From positions 2,080,001 to 2,144,000 of the forward strand of contig OZ244999.1 of the NCBI GenBank assembly GCA_965223265.1: 64,000 bases of DNA. The letters are read 5' to 3'. This document shows positions 47,414 through 57,749 of the stretch, in pieces. A program made the position numbers and the translations under genes. The stretch is from Planctomycetota bacterium. Its GTDB lineage: Bacteria; Planctomycetota; UBA8108; SXIK01. Each line of letters begins with the position of its first letter. Position 1 is the stretch's first letter. The notes beneath the pieces were generated by a model. The model did not search any database and was not told the origin of the DNA. It saw nothing but the letters and a program-made list of their open reading frames with translations.

Positions 47414-48736
47414 GTGAAGGCTGCTGCGCTCATGACGAACTGTCCCTCGTGCCAACAAAGTAACCCGCCGGACGCGACCGTATGCTCCGCTTGCTCGGGT
47501 CAGCTGCCGAACTCGGACGGCAAGCCAACTAAGCAAGGAAGCGTCCGTCTGGTCGGCAAGGTTCTTAACGGCAAGTACCAGGTCCTTTCGCTTCTCGGCG
47601 AGGGCGGCATGGGGGTCGTGTACAAGGTTCGGCACCTCATCCTCCAAAGCAAGAACCTCTTTGCGTTGAAGATTCTGCACCCCTCTTTTTCGCAGGATTC
47701 GCGTTTTCGGGCGCGGTTTCTTCGAGAAGTCGAACTGGCGATGGAACTCACCCACGAGAACATCGTTCAGATTCGTGACTTCGGGATGACAGAAGAGGGC
47801 CTCCTCTTCTTCACTATGGATTACTTTGAGGGTCAGAGTCTGCGGGAATTCCTCGATCAAAGCGGGCGCCTCCCACCAGCGCGTGCAGTGCGTATCGCGA
47901 CTCAAGTGTTGGCAGCGCTAAAAGAAGCCCACAAGTGCAACATCGTTCATCGCGATTTGAAACCGGACAACGTTCTGATCGATTCAGCTTCCAATCGCAG
48001 CGATCGAGTTCGTATCTTGGACTTCGGGATCGCGAAATTGACGACCGACTCAGGCGAATCGAATCTTACGCAAGGTGCGGTCATTGGTTCTCCCAAGTAC
48101 ATGTCGCCCGAGCAGGCGTCCGCCGAGAAAGTGGATCCACGCTCCGATCTCTACGCGGTCGGAGTGATCCTCTACGAGATGCTGACCGGGAAAGTGCCTT
48201 TCTCCGGCAAGACGACGCGCATGATTCTCATGCAACATTTGACATCTGAAGTGCCGTCGTTTGAGGCGGTGTGCCCAGGAATTCAGGTGCCGAGCCGACT
48301 CGAGAAATTGGTGTTTCGTCTGCTGCAAAAGGACGCCGAGAAACGTCCCGCATCGGCTCAGGAAGTCCTCGACATTTTGGACGGCAACGCGACCGTGCTT
48401 GCTGCTCCGGTAGGGGCCAGTCGGCGCGGCGGATTGTACAAGGTCGGCGCTGTCGCCGCTGTCCTACTCTCCCTCGCCGGGGCTGCGTGGTTTGCGATGA
48501 CGCAGTGGGGCGCCCAAGGGAGGATGCCGCAGGTCGGGGCTCAGGGCGCTCGAGAGAACGAGACTGCAGCCCCTGCGGTCATCGATGCGCCGAGCAGCGA
48601 ACAGCCGGGAGGCGAGTCTCCGCCGCAGTCGCAAGCACGACGCCGGCTTCGCTGCCGGGTCTGTGATCGCGTCTTCCTGGAGAACGAGCTCGAGGGCAAC
48701 ATGCATCACGATTTACCGCTCGCGCCCGCCGAGTAG
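47414..48736 (+). CDS. Membrane Ser/Thr protein kinase (Hanks type) with N-terminal zinc ribbon
   Basis: CPSC...CSAC, LGEGGMGVVY, ALK, HRDLKPDN, DFGIAK, GSPKYMSPEQ, D.YAVG; one TM helix; start may be ATG 47432. Confidence 0.95.
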   Translation: MKAAALMTNCPSCQQSNPPDATVCSACSGQLPNSDGKPTKQGSVRLVGKVLNGKYQVLSLLGEGGMGVVYKVRHLILQSKNLFALKILHPSFSQDSRFRARFLREVELAMELTHENIVQIRDFGMTEEGLLFFTMDYFEGQSLREFLDQSGRLPPARAVRIATQVLAALKEAHKCNIVHRDLKPDNVLIDSASNRSDRVRILDFGIAKLTTDSGESNLTQGAVIGSPKYMSPEQASAEKVDPRSDLYAVGVILYEMLTGKVPFSGKTTRMILMQHLTSEVPSFEAVCPGIQVPSRLEKLVFRLLQKDAEKRPASAQEVLDILDGNATVLAAPVGASRRGGLYKVGAVAAVLLSLAGAAWFAMTQWGAQGRMPQVGAQGARENETAAPAVIDAPSSEQPGGESPPQSQARRRLRCRVCDRVFLENELEGNMHHDLPLAPAE

Positions 48737-48784
48737 CGGCATCGCCTCCCGTGACGACTGATTGGCGGATCGGTCTCGGCTGAG

Positions 48785-49636
48785 TCACTCTTTCACGGCC
48801 CAGCCGATTTCTTTCGCCGTCACCTTGGCGATCACGCACGCTTGTAGGTCGCTGACGAACGCTTCGCGCCGCGGCGATTGAGGAATGCCGAGTGCCATAA
48901 TCTCGGCGTGTGACTGTGGGTAGAGAGGTTCACGCCCCGGGTCCGCGTATCCCGCCGGGAACACGGTCCCGTTCGACGTGTACTTGTCCGTGGCCCCGAG
49001 CGTGTGACAGAGCTCGTGGACGAAGAGGACGACGTAAGAATTCAGCGTGCGCTCGTCGATGGGGACGAAGACGTAAGCTCGACGGCCCTTCATGCAGGCG
49101 ACGGAGCGGCTGGAATACCGGGCTCGCTCGGCCGCTGGGTAGAATGCGACGAAGATCGTGGAGTCATGCTCGTCGGTCGCTGCCGTCGACAGGGAGGCGT
49201 CAAGTCGATCGAAGTACTCCGTGAATCTCTTCGTGCTCATCCAGCGATCGATCAGCCCGCACCCCGGACGTAGGATCGCCGGAGGGGGCTGTGCGGGTGC
49301 GATCTTGGGTTCGATTTCAAAGGCGAAGTTTACCGGTTGCGCGGTGAAGCGACGCGCCTGTTCAGCGAGCCAGGAGCGAGCCGATCCAAGACTCGTCTGG
49401 TCAAGCGACTCGAGATTCAGAAACATCTCAACAACTTCGGCATCGTCACTCGCCTTGGAGTCGACCTCGGGAGCGTCACCCTCGGTAGTTCGTGGCAGCA
49501 GTAACGGAACGACGCGCACGCGGACCGGTTGACTCCACGCCAAGGCTGGACGCGTTGAGGTTGTCTCGAATACGGCCCACACCGCGACGGTGGCCAACGT
49601 AGCCCACAGGATTTTACTTCGGGTTGTGTTGAACAA
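48785..49636 (-). CDS. Putative membrane-anchored zincin-like (HExxH) protein
   Basis: N-terminal hydrophobic anchor; VHELCHTLGATDKY; P.GYA.P...PLYPQ..AEIMA. Probable TTG start at 49636 with AGGA RBS. Confidence 0.7.
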   Translation of the reverse strand: MFNTTRSKILWATLATVAVWAVFETTSTRPALAWSQPVRVRVVPLLLPRTTEGDAPEVDSKASDDAEVVEMFLNLESLDQTSLGSARSWLAEQARRFTAQPVNFAFEIEPKIAPAQPPPAILRPGCGLIDRWMSTKRFTEYFDRLDASLSTAATDEHDSTIFVAFYPAAERARYSSRSVACMKGRRAYVFVPIDERTLNSYVVLFVHELCHTLGATDKYTSNGTVFPAGYADPGREPLYPQSHAEIMALGIPQSPRREAFVSDLQACVIAKVTAKEIGWAVKE

Positions 49637-49810
49637 GGGCTGTCCTGGAGTGTGATTCCTCGGACGGGACTTGCAGTCTCGTATTGATATCGACCGGATC
49701 ACTCGAATGCCTCGAGTGCATCCGTGCGTATCCGGATACGTTGACACGCTCCTGAAGCGACCTATAATCCCGGTTTGCTTCGTACTCTTACGCCGTAAAG
49801 GATTCCCTTC

Positions 49811-51154
49811 GTGACAAAGAGTTCTCCCGGCTCTGCGATCCACATCTCGCCCGTCTCCGCAATGAGCGGCACGGTGAGTTTGCCTGGGTCGAAATCGATC
49901 ACCAATCGCGCCCTGATTCTGGCAGCACTGGCGGAAGGAACTTCTGTTCTGAAGAACACCCTCGATTGTGATGACTCACGTTATCTGATCGAGGCGTTGA
50001 TGCAGCTGGGTGTGACGGTGCGTCGCGATGCGGACGATCGCATTGTGGTTTTCGGTATTGATGGGAAGTTTCCGGTGCGATCGGGGAGGTTTTTTGTCGG
50101 CAACGCGGGGACTGCAGCTCGCTTTCTTTCTGCCGCGCTGACGGCGTGTGGCGGCGACTATTGCGTGGAGGGCGATGCCCGCATGGCCGAGCGCCCGATC
50201 GCGCCGTTAGTGAAGGCTCTTTCAGAGCTGGGGGCTGAGGTGTCTGCGCCGACTGGCTGCCCACCGGTGACGATCGGCGCGCGCCCCATCGTCGGTGGTC
50301 GAGCCGATGTTCCAGGGCACGTTTCGAGTCAGTTCATCTCGGCGCTCTTGATGGTCGCTCCTTACGCGCAGCGAACTGTTGCGGTTCGGGTCACGGGCGA
50401 GATCGTCTCGATGCCTTATGTTGACCTTACGGTCGAAGCGATGAGGGCGTTCGGCGCCGATCCATACGTCGATGAAAAGCAAGCGGATGGACAACTTGTC
50501 TTCTCGGTGCGTGCAGGACGTACTTACAAAGGCTGTGAGTACCGCGTCGAAGGCGACGCCTCCGCGGCCAGCTACTTTTTCGCAGCGGCCGCCGTCACAG
50601 GTGGAACGCTTCGAGTCGAGGGGGTTGGGCGCGAGAGTGCCCAAGGTGATGCCGTTTGTGCTGACGTCTTAGCGTCGATGGGTTGTCGGGTCAAAAAGGA
50701 GCGTGACGCGATCACGGTCACGGGGCCGCAACCTCCGAGCGGATTCTTGGAAGGTATAGACTACAACTGCGGCGAGATTCCGGACGTCGTGCCGACGTTG
50801 GCGGTCGTCGCTCTGTTTGCGCGCGGGCGGACGCGGCTACGCGGTGTCGCGCACTTGCGGCACAAGGAGAGTGACCGTATCGAATCAGTCGCTACCGAGA
50901 TTCGCAAGCTCGGCGGCACCGTCAAGGAGCTCGCGGATGGCCTCGAGATTGAGGGCACGTTTGGCGTCGACCCTTCGCCGCTTCATGGCGCCCGCATCGA
51001 TACGTGGCAGGACCACCGCATCGCCATGGCTTTCTCGGTCGCCGCCCTCGCAGTTCCGGAAGTGTCGATCGATTCGCCGCACGTCGTCTCGAAGTCCTTC
51101 CCTGAGTTTTTCGACGCGCTTCGCGCACTCGGCGTCGAAATTGCCACAGTTTGA
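49811..51154 (+). CDS. aroA: 3-phosphoshikimate 1-carboxyvinyltransferase
   Basis: LPGSKSITNR, GNAGTA.RF, RP, SSQF.SALLM, EGDAS.ASYF, R.KESDRI, DHRIAM, V.KSFP.F. Confidence 0.97.
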   Translation: MTKSSPGSAIHISPVSAMSGTVSLPGSKSITNRALILAALAEGTSVLKNTLDCDDSRYLIEALMQLGVTVRRDADDRIVVFGIDGKFPVRSGRFFVGNAGTAARFLSAALTACGGDYCVEGDARMAERPIAPLVKALSELGAEVSAPTGCPPVTIGARPIVGGRADVPGHVSSQFISALLMVAPYAQRTVAVRVTGEIVSMPYVDLTVEAMRAFGADPYVDEKQADGQLVFSVRAGRTYKGCEYRVEGDASAASYFFAAAAVTGGTLRVEGVGRESAQGDAVCADVLASMGCRVKKERDAITVTGPQPPSGFLEGIDYNCGEIPDVVPTLAVVALFARGRTRLRGVAHLRHKESDRIESVATEIRKLGGTVKELADGLEIEGTFGVDPSPLHGARIDTWQDHRIAMAFSVAALAVPEVSIDSPHVVSKSFPEFFDALRALGVEIATV

Positions 51155-51299
51155 GCGATATCATCACTGACGCGATCTTGACGCAGCGGCGACCTGCAAA
51201 GTGCAAAGCCGCCTTGACCTGCTCGACCTGCGAGCCGTCGACGCCGTGAGGCTGCAGCTGACGACCGCACCTAGCGGCGTAGAGTGACAGAAGCGAACC

Positions 51300-53150
51300 A
51301 TGCCCAATTCCAGATTTGACGTTGTCATCGTTGGCGGCGGCCACGCGGGAATCGAAGCTGCGCTTGCAGCCGCTCGTATGGGCGCTCGCGCAGCGCTCGT
51401 AACGCTGGACGTGAAGGCGATCGGGCGCATGTCGTGTAACCCGGCCATCGGTGGCCTAGGGAAGGGTCAGATGGTGCGCGAGATTGATGCGCTTGGCGGA
51501 GAGATGGGGCGCGCTGCGGACCAAAGCGGAATTCAGTTTCGCATGCTCAACACGCGCAAAGGTCCTGCCGTGAGAGCGCCCCGGGCGCAGTGTGACAAGC
51601 ACGTGTATCAGGACTATATGGTCGCGCGAACACACGCGACGGAGAATCTGACGATCGTTCGCGGTAAAGTCGACCGCTTGGTGACGGAGTCACAAGGAGG
51701 CAGAGATTCGCAGCATCGAGTCTGTGGCGTGCGCCTCGATGATGGCAGCGAGCTCGAGTGTCGCAGTGCGATCTTGACCACCGGCACGTTTCTTCGCGGG
51801 CTGATGCATTGTGGCGAACGCCAGACCCGCGGTGGTCGAATAGGGGAAGGTGCTGCGTACGGTTTGTCACACTTTTTGGACGAGTTCGGATTCGAGCGTG
51901 GTCGCCTCAAAACTGGGACACCCGCGCGAGTGCAGGCGTCGACGGTCGATTGGGCGCACACCGAGGTGCAGCCGGGAGACGACGAGCCGGTGCCATTTTC
52001 GCACTTCACTGAGTCGTTGCCTCTTCCTCAAGTACCTTGTCATATCGTCTACACGAACGAGGAGACGCATGACGCGATTCGGGAGAGTCTTCATCGCTCT
52101 CCGATGTACTCGGGTGCCATCGAAGGCATCGGCCCGCGTTATTGCCCGTCCATTGAGGACAAGGTCGTGCGCTTCGCAGACAAGCCTCGACACCAGATCT
52201 TTCTCGAGCCCGAAGGCCTCTCTACAGACTGGATTTACGTCAACGGGCTATCGACGAGTCTGCCGGATGATGTGCAGGACGCGATGCTCGCGTCGATCCC
52301 CGCACTGCGCAACGCGGCCATCCTGCAGTATGGATACGCTGTCGAGTACGACTTCTTTCCCCCGACTCAGATCGATGCGACGTTCGAGACGAAGCTTGTC
52401 AGAGGACTCTTTTTCGCCGGCCAGATCTGTGGCACCAGCGGTTACGAGGAAGCCGCTGCGCAAGGTTTCCTGGCCGGCGCGAACGCTGTGCTCAAGCTGC
52501 GAGAGGAGGAACCACTAGTCTTGGATCGTTCGCAGGCGTACATGGGGGTCCTAGTCGACGATCTCGTCGTCGAGTGTCCGCGCGAACCGTATCGTATGTT
52601 CACCTCCCGCGCGGAGTATCGCCTTCTCCTGCGCACCGACAACGCCGATGAGCGTTTGATGGAGATCGGCCACCGCCTCGGTCTTATCTCAGGCGACGCA
52701 CTACGAGCCGTCGAGCGGCGGCAACAAAGAACGGCGGAGACGCTGTCCTATCTCGACCAGGCCTGCTATCATGGCAAGTCTCTGCTGCGGATTCTGCGCC
52801 AACCGGAGCGGACGCTCGCCGACGTTATGGCCCTTGACGCTCATCTGGCGTCCCTCGAGTGGACGCGCGCGGAGATCCAGGCGGTGGAGATCGCGGCGAA
52901 GTATGAGGCGTATGTGCAGCGTCAACTCTCGCACGTTGAAAAGTTTCGACGCATGGAAAAGCGGCGGATCCCGATGCAATTTGACTACGAGAACATCACA
53001 GGGATACGGAGCGAGTCACGTGAGAAGCTGCTCCGTGTACGCCCGCGGTCGCTGGGGCAAGCTTCTCGCATCCCCGGTGTGACGCCAGCCGACCTTTCCG
53101 TGTTGATGGTGCACCTCGATGCGCGGCAGCGGCGATGGGGGGCTTCATGA
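51300..53150 (+). CDS. mnmG: tRNA uridine 5-carboxymethylaminomethyl modification enzyme MnmG (GidA)
   Basis: GGGHAGIEAA, MSCNPAIGG.GKG, KGPAV, RLKTGTP, GPRYCPSIEDK, AGQI.GT.GYEEAAAQG, EPYRMFTSRAEYRL. Confidence 0.98.
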   Translation: MPNSRFDVVIVGGGHAGIEAALAAARMGARAALVTLDVKAIGRMSCNPAIGGLGKGQMVREIDALGGEMGRAADQSGIQFRMLNTRKGPAVRAPRAQCDKHVYQDYMVARTHATENLTIVRGKVDRLVTESQGGRDSQHRVCGVRLDDGSELECRSAILTTGTFLRGLMHCGERQTRGGRIGEGAAYGLSHFLDEFGFERGRLKTGTPARVQASTVDWAHTEVQPGDDEPVPFSHFTESLPLPQVPCHIVYTNEETHDAIRESLHRSPMYSGAIEGIGPRYCPSIEDKVVRFADKPRHQIFLEPEGLSTDWIYVNGLSTSLPDDVQDAMLASIPALRNAAILQYGYAVEYDFFPPTQIDATFETKLVRGLFFAGQICGTSGYEEAAAQGFLAGANAVLKLREEEPLVLDRSQAYMGVLVDDLVVECPREPYRMFTSRAEYRLLLRTDNADERLMEIGHRLGLISGDALRAVERRQQRTAETLSYLDQACYHGKSLLRILRQPERTLADVMALDAHLASLEWTRAEIQAVEIAAKYEAYVQRQLSHVEKFRRMEKRRIPMQFDYENITGIRSESREKLLRVRPRSLGQASRIPGVTPADLSVLMVHLDARQRRWGAS

Positions 53151-53803
53151 AGGCGCGGCGAGGCGTTCGAGGCGCAGACGACTGCCGCCGTATCGGACGT
53201 GAGGAGAAGTTTCGCGGCCGTTTCATCCAGGTATCGATCGACCGGGTCTCCTTTCCGGGCGGACATGAAGTGCAGCACGAGGTCGTCCACTTGCCAAGCG
53301 CTGTGTGTGTTGTCCCGCTCATTGAGGCCGCGGCGGCGCTCGAAGTTGTGCTTGTCGAGCAATTCAGAAACTCGCTCGATGGCTACATCCATGAGATTCC
53401 CGCCGGGATCCTCGAGGCAGGCGAGGACCCAGCTCTCTGTGCGCGCCGAGAGTTGGAGGAGGAGACCGGGTACCGCGCTGGTCGCTTGACTCATCTGACG
53501 ACACTGTGTCCCTTGCCCGGGGTCTCCGACCATCGCATGCACTTTTTTCTCGCCGAGGACCTCGAACCGGGGCAGCAGCGTTTGGAACCTGCTGAGTGCT
53601 TGACTGTGAAGCGACTCCGCTTTGAGCTCCTTCTCGAATCGTTGTTGTGCGCAGATCCGCAAAACTCGGTGGACGTTCACATGAACGACGATAACGGCGA
53701 GCGCCGAGTCTGTGTCGCGGACGCCAAGACGCATCTGGCGCTTCTGCATGTCGACGCTCTTCTCCGCCAGCGTGCGAACAAGCCGCGAGGGGAGGTCCCG
53801 TGA
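53147..53803 (+). CDS. Nudix hydrolase (ADP-ribose pyrophosphatase-like)
   Basis: LVEQFR and Nudix box EIPAGILEAGEDPALCARRELEEETG; ATGA overlap with mnmG. Confidence 0.92.
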   Translation: MKARRGVRGADDCRRIGREEKFRGRFIQVSIDRVSFPGGHEVQHEVVHLPSAVCVVPLIEAAAALEVVLVEQFRNSLDGYIHEIPAGILEAGEDPALCARRELEEETGYRAGRLTHLTTLCPLPGVSDHRMHFFLAEDLEPGQQRLEPAECLTVKRLRFELLLESLLCADPQNSVDVHMNDDNGERRVCVADAKTHLALLHVDALLRQRANKPRGEVP

Positions 53804-55257
53804 AACTTCCAGTCGTCGCGATTGTGGGACGGCCCAACGTCGGCAAATCGTCGCTGTTGAATTGTCTCGCCGGGCGTCGCGTGTCGATCGTCGAAGAGAC
53901 GCCAGGGGTCACTCGCGACCGGGTTACTGCCGTGGTTTCGCAGGGCGATGTGACGATGGAGCTCGTCGACACCGGAGGCATCGGAGTCGTCGACCGCGAC
54001 GATTTGAGTGGACATGTCGAGCGCCAAATCGATTACGCGGTGCGCGGCGCGGATGCAATTGTTTTCGTCGTCGACGTGCGTGACGGTGTGATGCCGCTTG
54101 ACGTCGAGGTCGCCAAGAGACTTCGTGAGCGCGAGCGCAAGGTGCCGGTTTTTCTGGCGGTCAACAAGGCAGACGGGCCGCGTCTGGACGAGCAGGTGGG
54201 GGAGTTCTTCAAGCTTGGGATTGGGGAACCCTTTCCCATCAGTGCTAAGGAGCACCTCGGTACTGAGGTCCTGCTCGAGCTCCTTGCTGACAAGCTGTGG
54301 CCGACCGGGGAAGGGCGACCAGATCCCGTGCTGAAGATTGCTGTCGTCGGTCGGCAAAACGTCGGCAAGTCTTCCCTCGTCAACTCGATCGCCCAAGAGG
54401 AGCGAGTCATCGTCAGCGAGGTCCCCGGAACAACTCGCGATGCGGTGGACGTCCAGTTTCAAAAGGACGGCCGGGAGTTCGTGATCATCGATACCGCCGG
54501 CGTCAAACGTAAGCGCGCCGGCAACGACTCCATCGAGTTTTATAGTCGAGTCCGGACCGAAATCGCCATCCGTCGCGCCGACGTGGTCTTGTTCGTGGTG
54601 GACGCCAGTCAGCCGATTTCGCGCGCCGACAAGAAGCTCGGAGAGCTCATTGTGACGATGTCGAGGGTGTGCGTCGTCGTCGCGAACAAGTGGGATCTGG
54701 TCAAGGACGCTATGTCTACCGAGGAGTATGCAGAGTACATCTACAAGGTGTTTTCCGGGCTTCGCTTTGCTCCCATCGTTGCTACGACTGCCACGCAGGG
54801 CCGCAACCTACAGTCAGCTATTGATTTGGCCCAGCACCTCTACAAGCGGGCGTCCCGTCGCGTCGGGACCGGAGAGCTCAACCGAGTCATCGACGCGATC
54901 AAGGAGTATCACCCGCCGAAGATTCTTCGGAGCAAACGGCCAAAGATTTTCTACGCAACACAGGTCGACATCTGTCCGCCGACCTTTGTGATCTTTGTCA
55001 ACGAGCCTGCGCTCTTCGCCCCCGACTATCGGCGCTACGTTGAGAATGCCTTTCGAGAAAGCCTCGATTTTGCTGAGTTGCCGTTGAGGATTTTCTATCG
55101 GGCTCGGTCGCGGAACGAGCCGGGCCAGCGCTCTGGCCCGTCGACGGGTACGCGGATCCGCAGCGGCCGGACGGAGGATCATGGAGTCTATCTGCCGCGG
55201 CGGCGCGGGAGGGCTGAGAAACAGGTCGGTAAGGAAAGTGGGCGTCGGACGCCCTGA
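53800..55257 (+). CDS. der: Ribosome biogenesis GTPase Der
   Basis: Two G domains: GRPNVGKS/PGVTRD/DTGG/NKAD and GRQNVGKSS/PGTTRD/DTAG/NKWD; KH-like tail YATQ...PPTF. Confidence 0.97.
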   Translation: MKLPVVAIVGRPNVGKSSLLNCLAGRRVSIVEETPGVTRDRVTAVVSQGDVTMELVDTGGIGVVDRDDLSGHVERQIDYAVRGADAIVFVVDVRDGVMPLDVEVAKRLRERERKVPVFLAVNKADGPRLDEQVGEFFKLGIGEPFPISAKEHLGTEVLLELLADKLWPTGEGRPDPVLKIAVVGRQNVGKSSLVNSIAQEERVIVSEVPGTTRDAVDVQFQKDGREFVIIDTAGVKRKRAGNDSIEFYSRVRTEIAIRRADVVLFVVDASQPISRADKKLGELIVTMSRVCVVVANKWDLVKDAMSTEEYAEYIYKVFSGLRFAPIVATTATQGRNLQSAIDLAQHLYKRASRRVGTGELNRVIDAIKEYHPPKILRSKRPKIFYATQVDICPPTFVIFVNEPALFAPDYRRYVENAFRESLDFAELPLRIFYRARSRNEPGQRSGPSTGTRIRSGRTEDHGVYLPRRRGRAEKQVGKESGRRTP

Positions 55258-55556
55258 GTCTCCCCGCAGTGCGACATGTGCGGGCACAGACTTTACACGT
55301 AAAGCGCCCTAGGCTATCTTCCGGGGACTCGTCAGCCATAGTTTGGTCCGGGCAAGCGTGGACGGGCGCCGCTACTTCGTGCGTCGACACCGCCACCGGC
55401 CGGATCATTGTGCCGGCCGGAATTGTGTTCGTTCAGAGACTCATCTGGGTAGACCAGACCTCGGCGCGTGTGGTTGCGACGTTTGATCGGTGGTGAATGG
55501 TGCGTACGCCTGGGCGATCTGGTGGTGGCCAGCCGCCTGTGACAGGGTGAAAAAAG

Positions 55557-56288
55557 ATGGAGTCAGGCCAGCAGAACCAAGGCAGCGTCCGCGTTCTCGG
55601 CATCGATCCTGGCACGCGTGCCATGGGTTATGCGGTGATCGATCCTGTCTCGTCGCGCCGCGCGGAGGTCGTGATCTCAGGAGTGCTGCGGCTGTGCGAA
55701 CCGGAGATTCCTGCCCGACTCGATGAGCTTTTTCGCTGCGTCGAGCAGGTCGTCGAGGCCACGGCACCGAGTATTCTGGCGATCGAAGATGTTTTTCACG
55801 GCAAGAATTTCCAAAGCGTGCTGAAGGTCGGCCAGGCACGAGGCGTCGTCATGCTCGCGGCGCAGCGTCTCGGTCTCAAGGTCTACGAATACTCGCCGCG
55901 AATGATCAAAAAAGCCGTGACCGGAAACGGAAACGCGGACAAGGTGCAGGTGCAGCGTATGATGGTCCGGCTGCTATCTCTCGAGAGTGTGCCTGAGCCG
56001 AAGGATGTCTCGGATGCCATGGCTGTCGCTTGGTGCCACTGCCAGCGCCGTTGGCGTCAAGGGCTCGAGACTTCGACGACCAAGCCGAACTCAGCGACGG
56101 CCACTCGTGATCGTGCTCCCCCTAGCGCCACAGCCGCCGAACTACGACGGTTGAAGCTCGCGCGCCGTGAGGGGCAGTCGCATGCCTCGCGTTCGAAGGT
56201 GCTCGACGCCTTGATTCGGTCCGGTCGGGCTGTCGAAATCGATCGGGACAGTCGTGGTAGTGTGAGCGAACGTAGTGAAACTCCTTGA
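55557..56288 (+). CDS. ruvC: Crossover junction endodeoxyribonuclease RuvC
   Basis: VLGIDPG, AIE..F, GQARGV, EY.P..IKKAVTG.G.A.K.QV, D..DA.AVA.CH; basic C-terminal extension. Confidence 0.95.
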   Translation: MESGQQNQGSVRVLGIDPGTRAMGYAVIDPVSSRRAEVVISGVLRLCEPEIPARLDELFRCVEQVVEATAPSILAIEDVFHGKNFQSVLKVGQARGVVMLAAQRLGLKVYEYSPRMIKKAVTGNGNADKVQVQRMMVRLLSLESVPEPKDVSDAMAVAWCHCQRRWRQGLETSTTKPNSATATRDRAPPSATAAELRRLKLARREGQSHASRSKVLDALIRSGRAVEIDRDSRGSVSERSETP

Positions 56289-56309
56289 ACTGATCAGGAA
56301 GAAATAGAC

Positions 56310-57203
56310 ATGAGCGAAGTGCTCCTCAAGAGCGAGATACCTGGCCTTCCCTGTCGACGAGGCAAGGTGCGCGACGTGTATGACTTCGGCGACGAGCTTC
56401 TCGTGGTGACCACAGATCGCATCTCCGCGTTTGACGTGGTGCTGCCGAACGGAATACCTGACAAGGGAGAGGTGCTCACGAGGCTGTCGACGTTCTGGTT
56501 CGACTTCCTGGGCATCTCGAACCACGTCATCACGACGGAAATCGATCGAATGCCAGAGGTTGTTCGGCCCTACGCCGACCAACTGGCGGGGCGTTCGATG
56601 CTCGTTTCGAAGTTGAACATGCTGCCGATCGAATGCGTCGTGCGCGGCTATGTTGCTGGTTCAGCCTGGGCGGAGTACCAGAAGAGCCGGTCAGTGTGCA
56701 GCATCCCTCTACCCGAAGGTCTGCAGGAGAGCAGTCAGCTGCCACAGCCTCTGTTCACTCCGTCAACGAAGGCCGAGGAAGGCCACGACGAAAACATCTC
56801 CGTCGAGCAGGCCGGCGAAATCGTCGGGGAGTCGCAGATCGCTGCACTCAGCGAACGGAGCCTTGACGTCTACTCGCGGGCTGCGGAGTTTGCGCGAACG
56901 CGCGGCATCATCATTGCAGACACGAAGTTTGAGTGGGGCCAACGACCTGGGAGCGATGAGCTCGTCTTGGCCGACGAAGTCTTGACGCCAGATTCGTCCC
57001 GATTTTGGCCCGCGGATCAGTTCACACCGGGCAAGTCGCAGCCGTCGTTTGATAAACAGTACGTCCGCGATTATTTGCGCGGGCTCGATTGGAATCGCAC
57101 GCCGCCGGGGCCAAAGCTCCCGGAGGAGGTTGTCGCGGAAACTTCGCGACTCTACCGAGAGATTTACGAACGCCTCACTGGTAATCGTTGGACCACTGCA
57201 TAA
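56310..57203 (+). CDS. purC: SAICAR synthetase
   Basis: GKVRDVY, TDRISAFD, ECVVRGY..GS, FTPSTKA..GHDENI, ADTKFEWG, DEVLTPDSSRFW, FDKQ..RD. Confidence 0.97.
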   Translation: MSEVLLKSEIPGLPCRRGKVRDVYDFGDELLVVTTDRISAFDVVLPNGIPDKGEVLTRLSTFWFDFLGISNHVITTEIDRMPEVVRPYADQLAGRSMLVSKLNMLPIECVVRGYVAGSAWAEYQKSRSVCSIPLPEGLQESSQLPQPLFTPSTKAEEGHDENISVEQAGEIVGESQIAALSERSLDVYSRAAEFARTRGIIIADTKFEWGQRPGSDELVLADEVLTPDSSRFWPADQFTPGKSQPSFDKQYVRDYLRGLDWNRTPPGPKLPEEVVAETSRLYREIYERLTGNRWTTA

Positions 57204-57226
57204 CTGAACGGAGCGAGAGAGAAATC

Positions 57227-57727
57227 ATGGCAGATGAGAAAAAGGTGCTCATCCTCATGGGAAGTGACGGCGATTTTCCGGTTATGCGGAAGGCCGTCGA
57301 CACGTTAGCAGAGTTCGGCATCGAGACAGAGACCCGGGTGCACTCCGTCCACCGCGTGCCGGAAGTGGCGCTCAAGAAGGCGACGGAGGCGGAGGCGGAA
57401 GGCTTCAGCGTGATTATCTGTGGCGCCGGTATGGCCGCGCATCTCGCCGGCGCTGTTGCCGCCAAGTCGAACCTGCCGGTGATCGGTGTGCCGCTGGAGA
57501 GCGGCGCACTCAAAGGTGTCGACGCGCTTTACTCAACGGTGCAGATGCCCCCTGGCGTTCCCGTCGCGACGATGGCGATTGGGGGTGCGCGCAACGCGGC
57601 GCTGTTCGCCGTGCGCATCATGGCCCTGAGTGATCCTGGTCTCGCCCGCCAGATCGTCGAATTCCGTGCCAACATGGCGACTGAAGTGTTGGCGAAGGAT
57701 GAGCGGATTCAAGCCGAGCTGGCCTAG
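57227..57727 (+). CDS. purE: N5-CAIR mutase
   Basis: I.MGS..D, SVHR.P, AGMAAHLAG..A, PVIGVP, G.DAL.S.VQMP.GVPVAT, NAAL.A. Confidence 0.96.
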   Translation: MADEKKVLILMGSDGDFPVMRKAVDTLAEFGIETETRVHSVHRVPEVALKKATEAEAEGFSVIICGAGMAAHLAGAVAAKSNLPVIGVPLESGALKGVDALYSTVQMPPGVPVATMAIGGARNAALFAVRIMALSDPGLARQIVEFRANMATEVLAKDERIQAELA

Positions 57728-57749
57728 CCTAACAGCCTGTTGAAAAGTG
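57723..57749. mobile_element. Solo terminal remnant of the MITE family at 43341
   Basis: CCTAGCCTAACAGCCTGTTGAAAAGTG matches the reverse complement of the MITE right end plus its flank (CCTAGCCTAACAGCCCGTTGAAAAAGT). Confidence 0.65.

Noticed and set aside
55258-55556. ZTP (pfl) riboswitch upstream of ruvC-purC-purE, suggested by CGCCTGGGC at 55507
   Set aside because: The 5' GACTGG/P1-P2 part of the aptamer is not evident, and the first downstream gene is ruvC. An Infernal scan with the pfl model would settle it.
56050-56288. RuvC C-terminal extension as a novel domain
   Set aside because: Low-complexity, basic and probably disordered. A similar unconserved tail occurs on Der in this window.
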